DNA from: Candidatus Heimdallarchaeota archaeon
GTDB taxonomy: Archaea > Asgardarchaeota > Heimdallarchaeia > Heimdallarchaeales > Heimdallarchaeaceae
Direction of reading: 5' to 3'
Length of the DNA stretch: 32,000 nucleotides
Assembly: GCA_030668875.1 (NCBI GenBank)
Contig: DAOVER010000015.1
Location: 34,960 to 66,959 of the forward strand
The notes beneath the pieces are model-generated. The model saw only the letters and a program-made list of their open reading frames with translations, was not told where the DNA came from and searched no databases. Shown one piece after another: positions 17,765 through 26,930 of the stretch. Made by a program: the position numbers and the translations under genes. The number at the start of each line of letters is the position of its first letter. Position 1 is the stretch's first letter.

Positions 17765-19420
17765 CTAAAAAATTGGAGGTTCTAACAAAGGATAAGGGTC
17801 TGTTGATCCTGAGTAACCACCAATTAGATAGCCATTAGTCTGATTCCAGTCAGACCAATAATTTCCTTCAAGTGTTAATGTATCGTACCAATAATTTCCT
17901 GAACCACTATCATATGCTTGGGAAGTAGAATTTTCATTATTATAGAAGAAGGAATTATGATGAATGAAATTGATATTACTAGACCTACCTAAATTAATTG
18001 CATTATCTTTATTCTTCAAGAAGATATTAAATGAAATCGTATTAACCTCACAATTAGAACTTATGATAATCCCATATTCGTTTTGAATAATGCGGTTTGC
18101 AGTGATATTAGTTAATAAAACCTGTTGAAGGGCAATACCGTAAATGGATTGTTCCACTGTATTATTAGTTATTGACATACAAGTAGAGGAACCAATTTGG
18201 ATACCAGCTCCTGTATTAGATCTGAAGGTATTGTTAATCAATTCTGAATAACCAGAATATCTAAGACTGATCCCAGAATAATTAAAATCAAATGTATTGT
18301 TGATAATCATTGACCACCTACAATAATAGAATATTAAACCAAAATTTGTGTTACTCAAAGATTGATTTGCGATTAAGAGATTGTCACATGAAACAAAGAT
18401 TAGTTGTCCATAATCAGGTATGACGAATGAACAATTATCTAAATTAACATAATAACCTAACTTTTTTCCATTTACTAAATTATCTGAAAAAAGATATGTT
18501 TCATAATCTGCTTCAAACACATTGTAAATGTAAAAACCAGTATTAGTACAGTTGTTTCTTTTAACTAATGAATAAGGTGAACGATTTGTATAAATCCCAT
18601 AGTAGTGACAAGAAGAACAAGTGTTATTCTCAATAATAGAGAACTTTGAAAAAAAGATAAATATACCCCATCCAGAATCTGAGATGCAATTGTTTGATAT
18701 TGTAACATTTATTGATTTGTAAGCTTCAATACCACAATCAGCTGTTAAAATGAAATTATTAGTGATATTAGTTGAATTAGCGTAGTAAGTTTTAATACAA
18801 TAAGAAGTAGAGCTAAATTCATTGTTTGCTATTGTGGTGTTCTCAGTGTAATAGATTTTTACTCCTAAACCTATATAACCCCCAAGCTCGAATCCCGAAA
18901 TTAAACTATCATAGAAGCAATTATTTGAAACACTACAATTTGAACTGTATTCAATATTTAAAGCAATGTCAAAACTAACAAAATAATTATCTGTGATAGA
19001 TGTAGAGTTAGCTCGATTTATCCGGATTCCCCGCTCGCTTAGAAAAGAATTATTAATTATTTTTGCTGTTTTTTCTTTTATATCAGAGATGACTATGCTA
19101 CAATAATTACTGTTATCAAAAATACAATTTTGTATAGTAAAATAACTTGTTGTATTTGCAATAAAAATTCCTTGTTGAGATTGATTAGCAAAATTTCGAT
19201 TCTCAATTAAGTAAGGGAAATTTTTGGTTCCATCTCCCTCAAAACCATAATATTTGAAATCATCATCAGAATCAATACATATCTCAGCATTAGAGCAAAT
19301 AACAGAGTAGTCTTCTAAATTCAGATATATTATGAATAATGGAATGCTAATTGCAGAAACTATTAGGATAGTTAAACTAGCAAAAACGAATGATTTTTTA
19401 CTAAGTAAACCTTCGATCAT
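17765..19420 (-). CDS. Right-handed parallel beta-helix (NosD-like) protein with N-terminal TM
   Basis: GDGTKNFPYLIEN cap, many NN-containing coil repeats, EGNYWSDW...DPYPL. The start overlaps the upstream SBP stop (ATGA). Confidence 0.85.
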   Translation of the reverse strand: MIEGLLSKKSFVFASLTILIVSAISIPLFIIYLNLEDYSVICSNAEICIDSDDDFKYYGFEGDGTKNFPYLIENRNFANQSQQGIFIANTTSYFTIQNCIFDNSNYCSIVISDIKEKTAKIINNSFLSERGIRINRANSTSITDNYFVSFDIALNIEYSSNCSVSNNCFYDSLISGFELGGYIGLGVKIYYTENTTIANNEFSSTSYCIKTYYANSTNITNNFILTADCGIEAYKSINVTISNNCISDSGWGIFIFFSKFSIIENNTCSSCHYYGIYTNRSPYSLVKRNNCTNTGFYIYNVFEADYETYLFSDNLVNGKKLGYYVNLDNCSFVIPDYGQLIFVSCDNLLIANQSLSNTNFGLIFYYCRWSMIINNTFDFNYSGISLRYSGYSELINNTFRSNTGAGIQIGSSTCMSITNNTVEQSIYGIALQQVLLTNITANRIIQNEYGIIISSNCEVNTISFNIFLKNKDNAINLGRSSNINFIHHNSFFYNNENSTSQAYDSGSGNYWYDTLTLEGNYWSDWNQTNGYLIGGYSGSTDPYPLLEPPIF

Positions 19421-21423
19421 TTTTTCCTTTTCCTCATTCTTTTTTGGAATACTAGAAGAGTTGAAGTTAGTAGAAACACGTTTATTGCTAACAATCCAAA
19501 CGGATAACTAGTAGCATATGGTGTGAAGTAACCTGCAGCTTCTAACCATTCTGCAGCTTTTTTATCATCGTAATCATATTTTATTATATCATCGTGATAC
19601 CATTCTTCAAGATAGTTAGGTATAGTACTATCAAAGATAATATAATCGTTATCATGAATAACTTCATTCATTTCTGACCTATCTATAGCATAATTCATAG
19701 CTTTTCTGACTGCAACAGCCTTAGTGAAGTTTTTTCCGTCTTTCTGTATCCATATTTCATTATCTTCTGCACCTATAAATGGTCTCTCAGTGTTATAAAG
19801 AAGAAAAATTGCTTTTTCTCCATAATCCTCGTAAATAGTGTATCTAATATCACTATCCATTTCTATTCGTTCATCAGGAAAATAGTTCATTCTAATGAAG
19901 TCTAATTTACCTGCTTTAAATTCTGCCAATTCTGCTGAAATATCAGGAATAACTCGAATAACTACGGAGTCTATGTTCATAGTATAATTTTTCCCATCAA
20001 TTACTCCTATTCCAAACCAATAAGGACTTGATCGAAGAACAGTAACGGAGTTTCTAATGTAGTAATCTAACATATATTTACCTGAACCAAAAGGAGAATA
20101 GAAATAACTTCCCCAGGAATTTGTCTCAGTTATTGATTGATTTATGCCTATATATTCAATTCCAGTAATTGTATTAGAAATTTCTAAACTTGAGGAATTA
20201 AAATAGAATTCTGGTAGAAGAGGTTTGTTCAGGGTTTGCCAGAAGGGGATAAAAATCTCAACTTCTTCAGTTCTAGGGTCATAATCATGGAAATATAAAT
20301 GAAAAGATAGAGGATCATTATTATCAACTTTTATATCTTTAATCCATAGAAATTCGTCAGCTCTTTCGTTGACATATTCTGTTGAATAAAGAAGAAGAGA
20401 AAATACTGCATCTTTAGCTGTTACACGCTGATTTGTTCCATTACTCATCTCATCCTTTAAACCTATCATCAACGGAGTACTGGTTGGATCAAGCAAATCT
20501 GAACTTACATTTCTTTCAGCAGTATTGTATGAGGGATTCCAGTAGATATTTTCTCTTAGCTTGAACACATAATGATCATCCTCTAATCTCTCCCAATCCT
20601 CAACAACTCCGTTTCTTGTTGGTAGATATTTATTGTCCAAACTAATAATAGGTTCAGTGATTAAATCTAATAATTCTTTGTCAGGTTCTAGGCTAATTTC
20701 AAAAGGATTCATCTCTCTCCAATTCGAACTAGCGATTCGTAGTTCATCTTGTGATTCTTGCCCTTCATGCATTCCATTATAAATCATATAAGGCAATGAA
20801 TCGACTAACCCCCATGAGCTTTGGAAACCAATAAGGTTTGACCATGTTGCTCTATATTCATGATTAACAAAGAACGGTAATATAGGTACAATTTTTTCCA
20901 TAACTAACTGTTGCCATCTGTTATAGATTATTTTACGTGCAGAAATATTTTCTTCAAATACTCCTCTATGTATCAAATCCTTATGTTCGTTATAATATGG
21001 AGAATCTTGAAAAGCATTATACCCAAAACCTAACTTCAGTATATCTGGGGTTACCCAATGAATCTGAACACTATCAACAAAATTTGATCTAATAGGGTCA
21101 GGATCTCCTTGAAGATTTGATAGGCTTGCAATGGTTAAATCAAAATCCCAAGTTGGTATTACGAAAGGAAATATTAGCCCATCATCTACTTTAACTTCTA
21201 ATTCTATGCCTATTGCCCTTAGATATTGTGCAATATATAAACCATAATCGGGTCTAACCCCGCCTCCATTTGTTTTGAAAATCAAGTTAGCAATAGGTTC
21301 AGCATTTCCACACACACTACTAGCACTGCTAACAGCTGAAATTGTGAAGCAAATAACTAAAGCGAATGCTACTATTTGTTGCTTCTTCTTCAAGGGATTT
21401 ACACTTAATCTTTTCAGATTCAT
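19417..21423 (-). CDS. Family-5 solute-binding protein, circularly permuted, C-terminal TM anchor
   Basis: Paralog of 14460..16370 (NGGGVRPDYGLYIAQYLR, VTAKDAVF, PFGSGKYMLD, FKAGKLD, VRKAMNYAIDR, AAEWLEAAGY); TM plus KRMRKRKK. Confidence 0.85.
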   Translation of the reverse strand: MNLKRLSVNPLKKKQQIVAFALVICFTISAVSSASSVCGNAEPIANLIFKTNGGGVRPDYGLYIAQYLRAIGIELEVKVDDGLIFPFVIPTWDFDLTIASLSNLQGDPDPIRSNFVDSVQIHWVTPDILKLGFGYNAFQDSPYYNEHKDLIHRGVFEENISARKIIYNRWQQLVMEKIVPILPFFVNHEYRATWSNLIGFQSSWGLVDSLPYMIYNGMHEGQESQDELRIASSNWREMNPFEISLEPDKELLDLITEPIISLDNKYLPTRNGVVEDWERLEDDHYVFKLRENIYWNPSYNTAERNVSSDLLDPTSTPLMIGLKDEMSNGTNQRVTAKDAVFSLLLYSTEYVNERADEFLWIKDIKVDNNDPLSFHLYFHDYDPRTEEVEIFIPFWQTLNKPLLPEFYFNSSSLEISNTITGIEYIGINQSITETNSWGSYFYSPFGSGKYMLDYYIRNSVTVLRSSPYWFGIGVIDGKNYTMNIDSVVIRVIPDISAELAEFKAGKLDFIRMNYFPDERIEMDSDIRYTIYEDYGEKAIFLLYNTERPFIGAEDNEIWIQKDGKNFTKAVAVRKAMNYAIDRSEMNEVIHDNDYIIFDSTIPNYLEEWYHDDIIKYDYDDKKAAEWLEAAGYFTPYATSYPFGLLAINVFLLTSTLLVFQKRMRKRKK

Positions 21424-21455
21424 GTATTATACTCTTATACACTTATAAATTTTAA
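21391..21455 (-). repeat. Promoter (TTTATAAG TATA box, probably leaderless) and first codons of the SBP gene; duplicated at 17671-17734
   Basis: TATA box ends about 18 nt before ATG 21423 and no SD is present; the repeat is seen directly. Confidence 0.75.
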
Positions 21456-21573
21456 TGAAAATCCTCTACATTGAACTTTTAGTCGGTATTACATTATAGG
21501 GGAAATCATTATATATGCAGTGTAAAATCATCTTTTGTTGAGGTTCAACCAACGTCTCTGAGCAGGATTGTTA

Positions 21574-22287
21574 ATGAGTACAAAATACATCGATAAGTTA
21601 GACGATAGCGAAAGCATCATCAACCTAATCTCTGAATTAAAGGATAAAGATTCTAAAGAGATTAACCATCTTGCCGCAGTTATTTCTAAATTAGGGGATA
21701 AAGTTGTTGAACCGCTGATTGATGCCTTCAAAGACGAAGATAAAGATGTTCGGTATCTAGCTGCCAGATTTCTGGAAGAGATTGGTTCCTATGCTGTTGA
21801 ACCTTTGATAGCTGAATTAAGCAATATTCAGAGTACAGTTAGAGTTTGTGCTGTTGAAACCTTAGGTAAAATAGGTGATCCCAAAGCTATTCATCCTTTA
21901 ATTAATACGCTCAAAGATAAGAAAGAAGATGCATTAGTTAGAGAATATTCAGTGTATGCTTTAGAAAGGATAGGTAAGCCTGCAGTCAAGACTCTAATCA
22001 CCGCGCTAAAAGAACTTGATGATCCTAATGCTTTAGCTCCTCTTAAAGCAGCTCTTTTTTACAATCAAAAAGATGTTAGACAAACAGCAACTGAAATTGC
22101 TTCAGATTTACAAGACTGTTACTTCACTTACAAAGATGTCAAATCTATCTTGAAAAGAGATCATAAAAAAGTTCCTCAATCAAAAGAAATAACTTCAGAA
22201 TACTTGAGAGACAAATATAGTCGAAAGAAAGGAGACAAATATCTTAAGTTCACACAAACTACTTTGAAAGAATTCATAGATGAATAA
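21574..22287 (+). CDS. HEAT/PBS-lyase repeat protein
   Basis: Repeats EPLIDAFKDEDKDVRYLAARFL and VRVCAVETLGKIGDPKAIHPLINTL. ATG 21574 follows AGGA (track start is TTG 21568). Confidence 0.85.
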   Translation: MSTKYIDKLDDSESIINLISELKDKDSKEINHLAAVISKLGDKVVEPLIDAFKDEDKDVRYLAARFLEEIGSYAVEPLIAELSNIQSTVRVCAVETLGKIGDPKAIHPLINTLKDKKEDALVREYSVYALERIGKPAVKTLITALKELDDPNALAPLKAALFYNQKDVRQTATEIASDLQDCYFTYKDVKSILKRDHKKVPQSKEITSEYLRDKYSRKKGDKYLKFTQTTLKEFIDE

Positions 22288-22397
22288 AAACAAAGTAGCT
22301 AATAATAATATTTTACAAGCGCAAATTTATTACATTATTATTCAGTAAATATATTAAGGTAAATCTAATAATTATAGGTTATGTTGAGAGGAAAACT

Positions 22398-23576
22398 ATG
22401 TCAAATAAAAAACTAATCATTTCCTTTTCCTTGAGTTTAATTGCTCTAACTATAAGTGTGTCTGTTTTTAGTTATGTGATTATGGATAATAAGAGAATAG
22501 AAGAAGAGTATGGAGAACTATTCTATCTAGGATACACAGAAACAACCCGTGTCCTTGATATGATTTTGGATGAACCTATTAGAATGCAAATTAATGGTTT
22601 TCAATCAGATGGACTAACAGCTTTTGATGACAGGATATTCATTCTAGGTCAAGATGAAAATTATACTCAGAGAAAAATAGTAGAAATAAAAATTAATGAT
22701 GAAGTCAATACTATAATTGATGTGAAAGAGCATAATTTGCCTTTCCTTAATAGCAGTTTAAATTGTATGGGGCTAGGATATAATGGTACAAATTTCTTTA
22801 CATTACTTACTTTAACCTTCCCAATAACCCAATATTTCTGTACATTTAACATAACTCATGGAATAATTTCTAACAGGACTCTATCTGTACCTACATCAAG
22901 TTATCCGGATGTAAATGATTTAGTAAGAACAAATTTTGATATTTGGAACGATAAAATCTACTGCACAGAAGGGGGAGAACTAGATGGTTATTGGGTAGAA
23001 CGGAACATCACCTGTTATGATTTGAATACACTGAATATTATAGATTCTTTTAATATAACGAATTTCGGAAGACCGAGACAATTCAGTATAGATGAATCAG
23101 GACAAGCTTGGATTACTTACAATGAAAACCCATTTACTAATCCACAAAGTAGCTCAGGAACAAGATTTAGTTCTGTTTGGAAGTCATTTCTTGACTTTTC
23201 TCTTGAAACTCATAATTTGTTGTCAACAATACATGTGGGAGGTGGTTATCCTGACCCCCTTAACACATCACTCGAATTAGGTGCTTGGGGGGAATACTTC
23301 TATTATTTTAACGATACATATGTAATGGTTCAAGATGATCGTTCCTTTGTTTATCATGATAGAATAATTCAACCTCTGTATATGAGAGCAGATTGGGTGT
23401 ACTATTTTGTAGGGTTCAGAGTGTATAGTTATGACCCTATAGATTTAATAAAATCCAGCGAACTTCAAACATTAATACTTAGCTTTACTATCTTTCTTGG
23501 AGTTGCTACCTATACTGTAATCTTATCATTGAAGAAGATAAATCATGAAGAAGAAAGCGAGATAGAATCGACATAA
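22398..23576 (+). CDS. Surface protein with N- and C-terminal TM segments, unknown function
   Basis: Hydrophobic ends; beta-rich middle with many N-x-S/T sequons; GAGG SD. Confidence 0.65.
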   Translation: MSNKKLIISFSLSLIALTISVSVFSYVIMDNKRIEEEYGELFYLGYTETTRVLDMILDEPIRMQINGFQSDGLTAFDDRIFILGQDENYTQRKIVEIKINDEVNTIIDVKEHNLPFLNSSLNCMGLGYNGTNFFTLLTLTFPITQYFCTFNITHGIISNRTLSVPTSSYPDVNDLVRTNFDIWNDKIYCTEGGELDGYWVERNITCYDLNTLNIIDSFNITNFGRPRQFSIDESGQAWITYNENPFTNPQSSSGTRFSSVWKSFLDFSLETHNLLSTIHVGGGYPDPLNTSLELGAWGEYFYYFNDTYVMVQDDRSFVYHDRIIQPLYMRADWVYYFVGFRVYSYDPIDLIKSSELQTLILSFTIFLGVATYTVILSLKKINHEEESEIEST

Positions 23577-23895
23577 ATTATATAAGTGCATACAATTCAC
23601 TTGAAATACTAAAAAACGAGGTGTCAGTGATTGTATGTTATGTAAAATTCAAGTTAATCTGATTGTAAAGAGCAACACTGACACAACAAACTGATTTTTT
23701 GTTTTTGGTGTTGATTTAGTTAGGTTAATTCATCCATCATTGTCTTCTCATAATTATGTGATATAAAATGACACAAGAATTAAAACTGATAAAAATACAG
23801 AGATGTATTGAAGATAAATTTGTAGAAGAATTTAAAGAGTACAAAACAATCTATCGTAAAAGAAATTCTTTCAAAATAATTATAGGGTGCAGAAA

Positions 23896-25071
23896 ATGTT
23901 TGTAGAATTGCCTAAAGAGAGATACAAAGAGACAATTCCTCTCTACAATAACGCTCGATTCATTAATGCTGCTAGAAGTCATCTTGAGAGAACTCCTATT
24001 GAAAAAACAGTTTTTGTAGACAATCTAGATTCACCTAAGACAGCTGCCTTGATAGTCAAACATAGGACATTTTTAGGTGGTGATTCTACCAATAGTGCAT
24101 TCAATATTGCCTTAAGAGACTTCTTCTTTTCTGAGAGGAGAGAGTTACTTGAGGTACAAGATCTCTATGAATTAGATTTTTACTTCTCTTCTGATGATTG
24201 GATAGAAGCTCTTACTTCTACTTTCCCATACTCATTTGCATATCCACGATATTATTACGAGATTAAAGAGCTAAAGGAGAAAGATTGGAGAGAGAAAATC
24301 CTTAAAGGGTATACAATAGAACCTGTAGATTTATCTTTGCTTGAAAAAAAACATCTGGAAAATTATGAATGGCTAATAGAAGAAATAGAAGAAAATTGGC
24401 TACCTTTTGAAGAACATCTCAAGGAAACTAGAGGATTTTATATTGTTTATAATTTGAAAGAGATCGTTGCTTGGTGCACTGTAGAATATCTTACAGTAGA
24501 CAACCATATAGAAGTAGGAATAGCTACTAGAAACGAACACCGAAAAAAAGGTCTTGCTACAATTGTTGGTTCAGCTACAGCTGAGCTTAATCTTTCAAAA
24601 TATGAGACGGTTGGTTGGCATTGTGGTGTCAATAACATTGGTTCAAATAAAACAGCTTTGAGTATAGGGTTTGAAAAAGTGAAGGATTATTGGAAAGTTG
24701 CATGTTTCTTCAACAAATTCGATAATTTCATCGTTCAAGGATATAATAACTATCTGGGCAAAAACTACACTGAAGCAATCAAATTCTACGGTTTAGTAAT
24801 AGATGCTCATTCCGCAGGAGCTGAGGATGTTAAGACATCAGCATTCCTTACCAAATGGGGCTTTACAATTGATAAGTTAGTGATGGAGTGTGCTTCTTTT
24901 TATGCAGCATATGGAAAGAAAGAAACGTGTTTAGAGAATATTCAAAAAGCTATTGACTTAGGGTACAATAATCTAGAAACGTTTGAAGAAGAGGTTAATT
25001 TTAAATTTATAAAAAACGAATCTAAATGGGATCTATTCATTGAAGCTATTCAGAAAAATAAGGAGGATTAG
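23896..25071 (+). CDS. GNAT acetyltransferase with C-terminal TPR-like region
   Basis: EVGIATRNEHRKKGLAT, WHC..NNIGSNKTALSIGF; TPR-like tail FYAAYGKKETCLENIQKAIDLGY. ATG 23896 aligns with the paralog start. Confidence 0.8.
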   Translation: MFVELPKERYKETIPLYNNARFINAARSHLERTPIEKTVFVDNLDSPKTAALIVKHRTFLGGDSTNSAFNIALRDFFFSERRELLEVQDLYELDFYFSSDDWIEALTSTFPYSFAYPRYYYEIKELKEKDWREKILKGYTIEPVDLSLLEKKHLENYEWLIEEIEENWLPFEEHLKETRGFYIVYNLKEIVAWCTVEYLTVDNHIEVGIATRNEHRKKGLATIVGSATAELNLSKYETVGWHCGVNNIGSNKTALSIGFEKVKDYWKVACFFNKFDNFIVQGYNNYLGKNYTEAIKFYGLVIDAHSAGAEDVKTSAFLTKWGFTIDKLVMECASFYAAYGKKETCLENIQKAIDLGYNNLETFEEEVNFKFIKNESKWDLFIEAIQKNKED

Positions 25072-25072
25072 A

Positions 25073-25903
25073 ATGTTTGCAGAATTAACCCCAGAAAATT
25101 ATCGAAAAGTTCGTAAAATGTTTTCTAGTATAGAAGAGATTGATCTTTCTGTTACTTCTGTATTCGAAAACAATTATCAAGGAAGAATACTTGTGGATAA
25201 CTTAGATAATCCCTCTTCCACGTTTCTTAATTTAGGCCACAGAACCTTTATGTTTGTAGGAGAAGAGACAAACATAGACTTTAATTTAAGCATAATTGAA
25301 GAGATTAATAGAAATATTATACCCACAAGAATGAGTCATTTTGTCAATAAATTTTTCTTCATAATATTTGACAAAAATTGGTTAGAAACTATTCCGAGAC
25401 TCTTCCCTGAATCTATCTTGGAAACTAGAAAACATTATGTTTTTGATAAACTTAAAATACCCAACTGGCAAAAACTAATTCCTGAATCTTATTTTGTTCA
25501 TCAAATAGATAAAGATACTTTGCAAAAGGAAGCAGTTAAAAAACATATGATGATTAACAAATGGATTACTGATCTGTATGGTACTTATGATAGTTTTCTT
25601 GAAAGAGGATTAGGTTTCTTTATGATCTACAAGGACGAAGAGATTGTGAGTTATAATATTATCAATTATGTTAATGATAAACGTGACAGAATTGAATTGG
25701 GGATTATTACTGAGGAAAAATTCCAGGGAAAAGGTCTTACTAAATTACTTGTTTCTGCAACTCTTGAACATTGCGTAAATGAGGGTATAAAGAAGATTGG
25801 GTGGCATACTAATGTAAAAAATATAGCAAGTCAGAAAACAGCTGAATCAGTTGGTTTTACTCATGAGAGAGATTACATAATCTATATTGGTAAGTTTATC
25901 TGA
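25073..25903 (+). CDS. GNAT acetyltransferase, tandem paralog of the upstream gene
   Basis: ELGIITEEKFQGKGLTK, WHTNVKNIASQKTAESVGF; AGGAGG SD before ATG 25073. Confidence 0.8.
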   Translation: MFAELTPENYRKVRKMFSSIEEIDLSVTSVFENNYQGRILVDNLDNPSSTFLNLGHRTFMFVGEETNIDFNLSIIEEINRNIIPTRMSHFVNKFFFIIFDKNWLETIPRLFPESILETRKHYVFDKLKIPNWQKLIPESYFVHQIDKDTLQKEAVKKHMMINKWITDLYGTYDSFLERGLGFFMIYKDEEIVSYNIINYVNDKRDRIELGIITEEKFQGKGLTKLLVSATLEHCVNEGIKKIGWHTNVKNIASQKTAESVGFTHERDYIIYIGKFI

Positions 25904-25947
25904 ATCACTGTGGAATAATTTTTTAAGTCTTCTTTTAACTTCTAACT

Positions 25948-26847
25948 ATGAGTGATAAAGAAGAATTGAAGGCTGTTTTAATCACTGGTGCAAATAGTGG
26001 TATTGGTAGAAAAACCTTAGAATTGCTCATAGATAAGGGATATTTTGTCTATGCAGGTGCTAGAAAAGATAAGGATATTGAAGAATTAAACAAGCTTCCT
26101 AATACTCTTGCTATCAAACTTGATGTGACAAATGATGAGCAAGTTAAACAAGCTATTGAAACCATTACAAAGGAAGGTAGAGGACTTTATGGCTTAGTAA
26201 ATAATGCTGGAATTGTAGTGTTTGGACCAATTATTACAACATCTATGGAAATGATGAAGGATTTATTCGAAGTAAATGTTTATGGTCCTCATCGTATGAC
26301 TTTAGCTTGTTTCCCATTATTAAGAAAATCTAAGGGGAGAATCGTGAATATAAGCTCAATCAGTGGTATTTTGACTGGCAAAATTCTTGGTTTGTATAGT
26401 ATGAGTAAGCATGCTTTAGAAGCTTATTCTGATACACTTATTCAAAATGCAGCAGATTTTGATATGAACGTGAGTGTCATAGAACCTGGCAATTTTAAAT
26501 CTGATATAGGTAGTAATTTGATTGAGAAAATGAGAAAAGAAGAAGAAAGTTATAGGATAAATATGACTGCCGTACAAAGGAAACAACAGTTTAAGGAAGT
26601 AGAAGAAGGTTTCTCAACAGATCATGGATTTCCAGAACCATTTAAGGTAGCAGAAGCGATATTTGATGCTTTATTCTCAGAAAAACCAAAACTAAGATAT
26701 CTTGTGTGTGGTAATGAAGAAGAAGTAAAGTGGGTCATCAAAAGAATGTTTGTAGAATTACTTCAATTAAATCATAATCATGAATATAGCTTTGACAAAA
26801 AAGTTTTGATAGATATTTTGGATGAATGTATCAGTGAAATGAAATAG
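25948..26847 (+). CDS. Classical short-chain dehydrogenase/reductase
   Basis: TGANSGIG, LVNNAG, IVNISS, catalytic YSMSK, VIEPG. Confidence 0.92.
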   Translation: MSDKEELKAVLITGANSGIGRKTLELLIDKGYFVYAGARKDKDIEELNKLPNTLAIKLDVTNDEQVKQAIETITKEGRGLYGLVNNAGIVVFGPIITTSMEMMKDLFEVNVYGPHRMTLACFPLLRKSKGRIVNISSISGILTGKILGLYSMSKHALEAYSDTLIQNAADFDMNVSVIEPGNFKSDIGSNLIEKMRKEEESYRINMTAVQRKQQFKEVEEGFSTDHGFPEPFKVAEAIFDALFSEKPKLRYLVCGNEEEVKWVIKRMFVELLQLNHNHEYSFDKKVLIDILDECISEMK

Positions 26848-26930
26848 AATAAATAGAATTGTTTGATACTTCATACTTTTCCCTTCTGGTAATATTTAAA
26901 AAGAGTGAGGATTGTCAAAGTTGACTATAT

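Noticed and set aside
23768-23905. 45-aa ORF MTQELKLIKIQRC... overlapping the GNAT start
   Set aside because: No recognisable motif and plausible by chance in AT-rich DNA.
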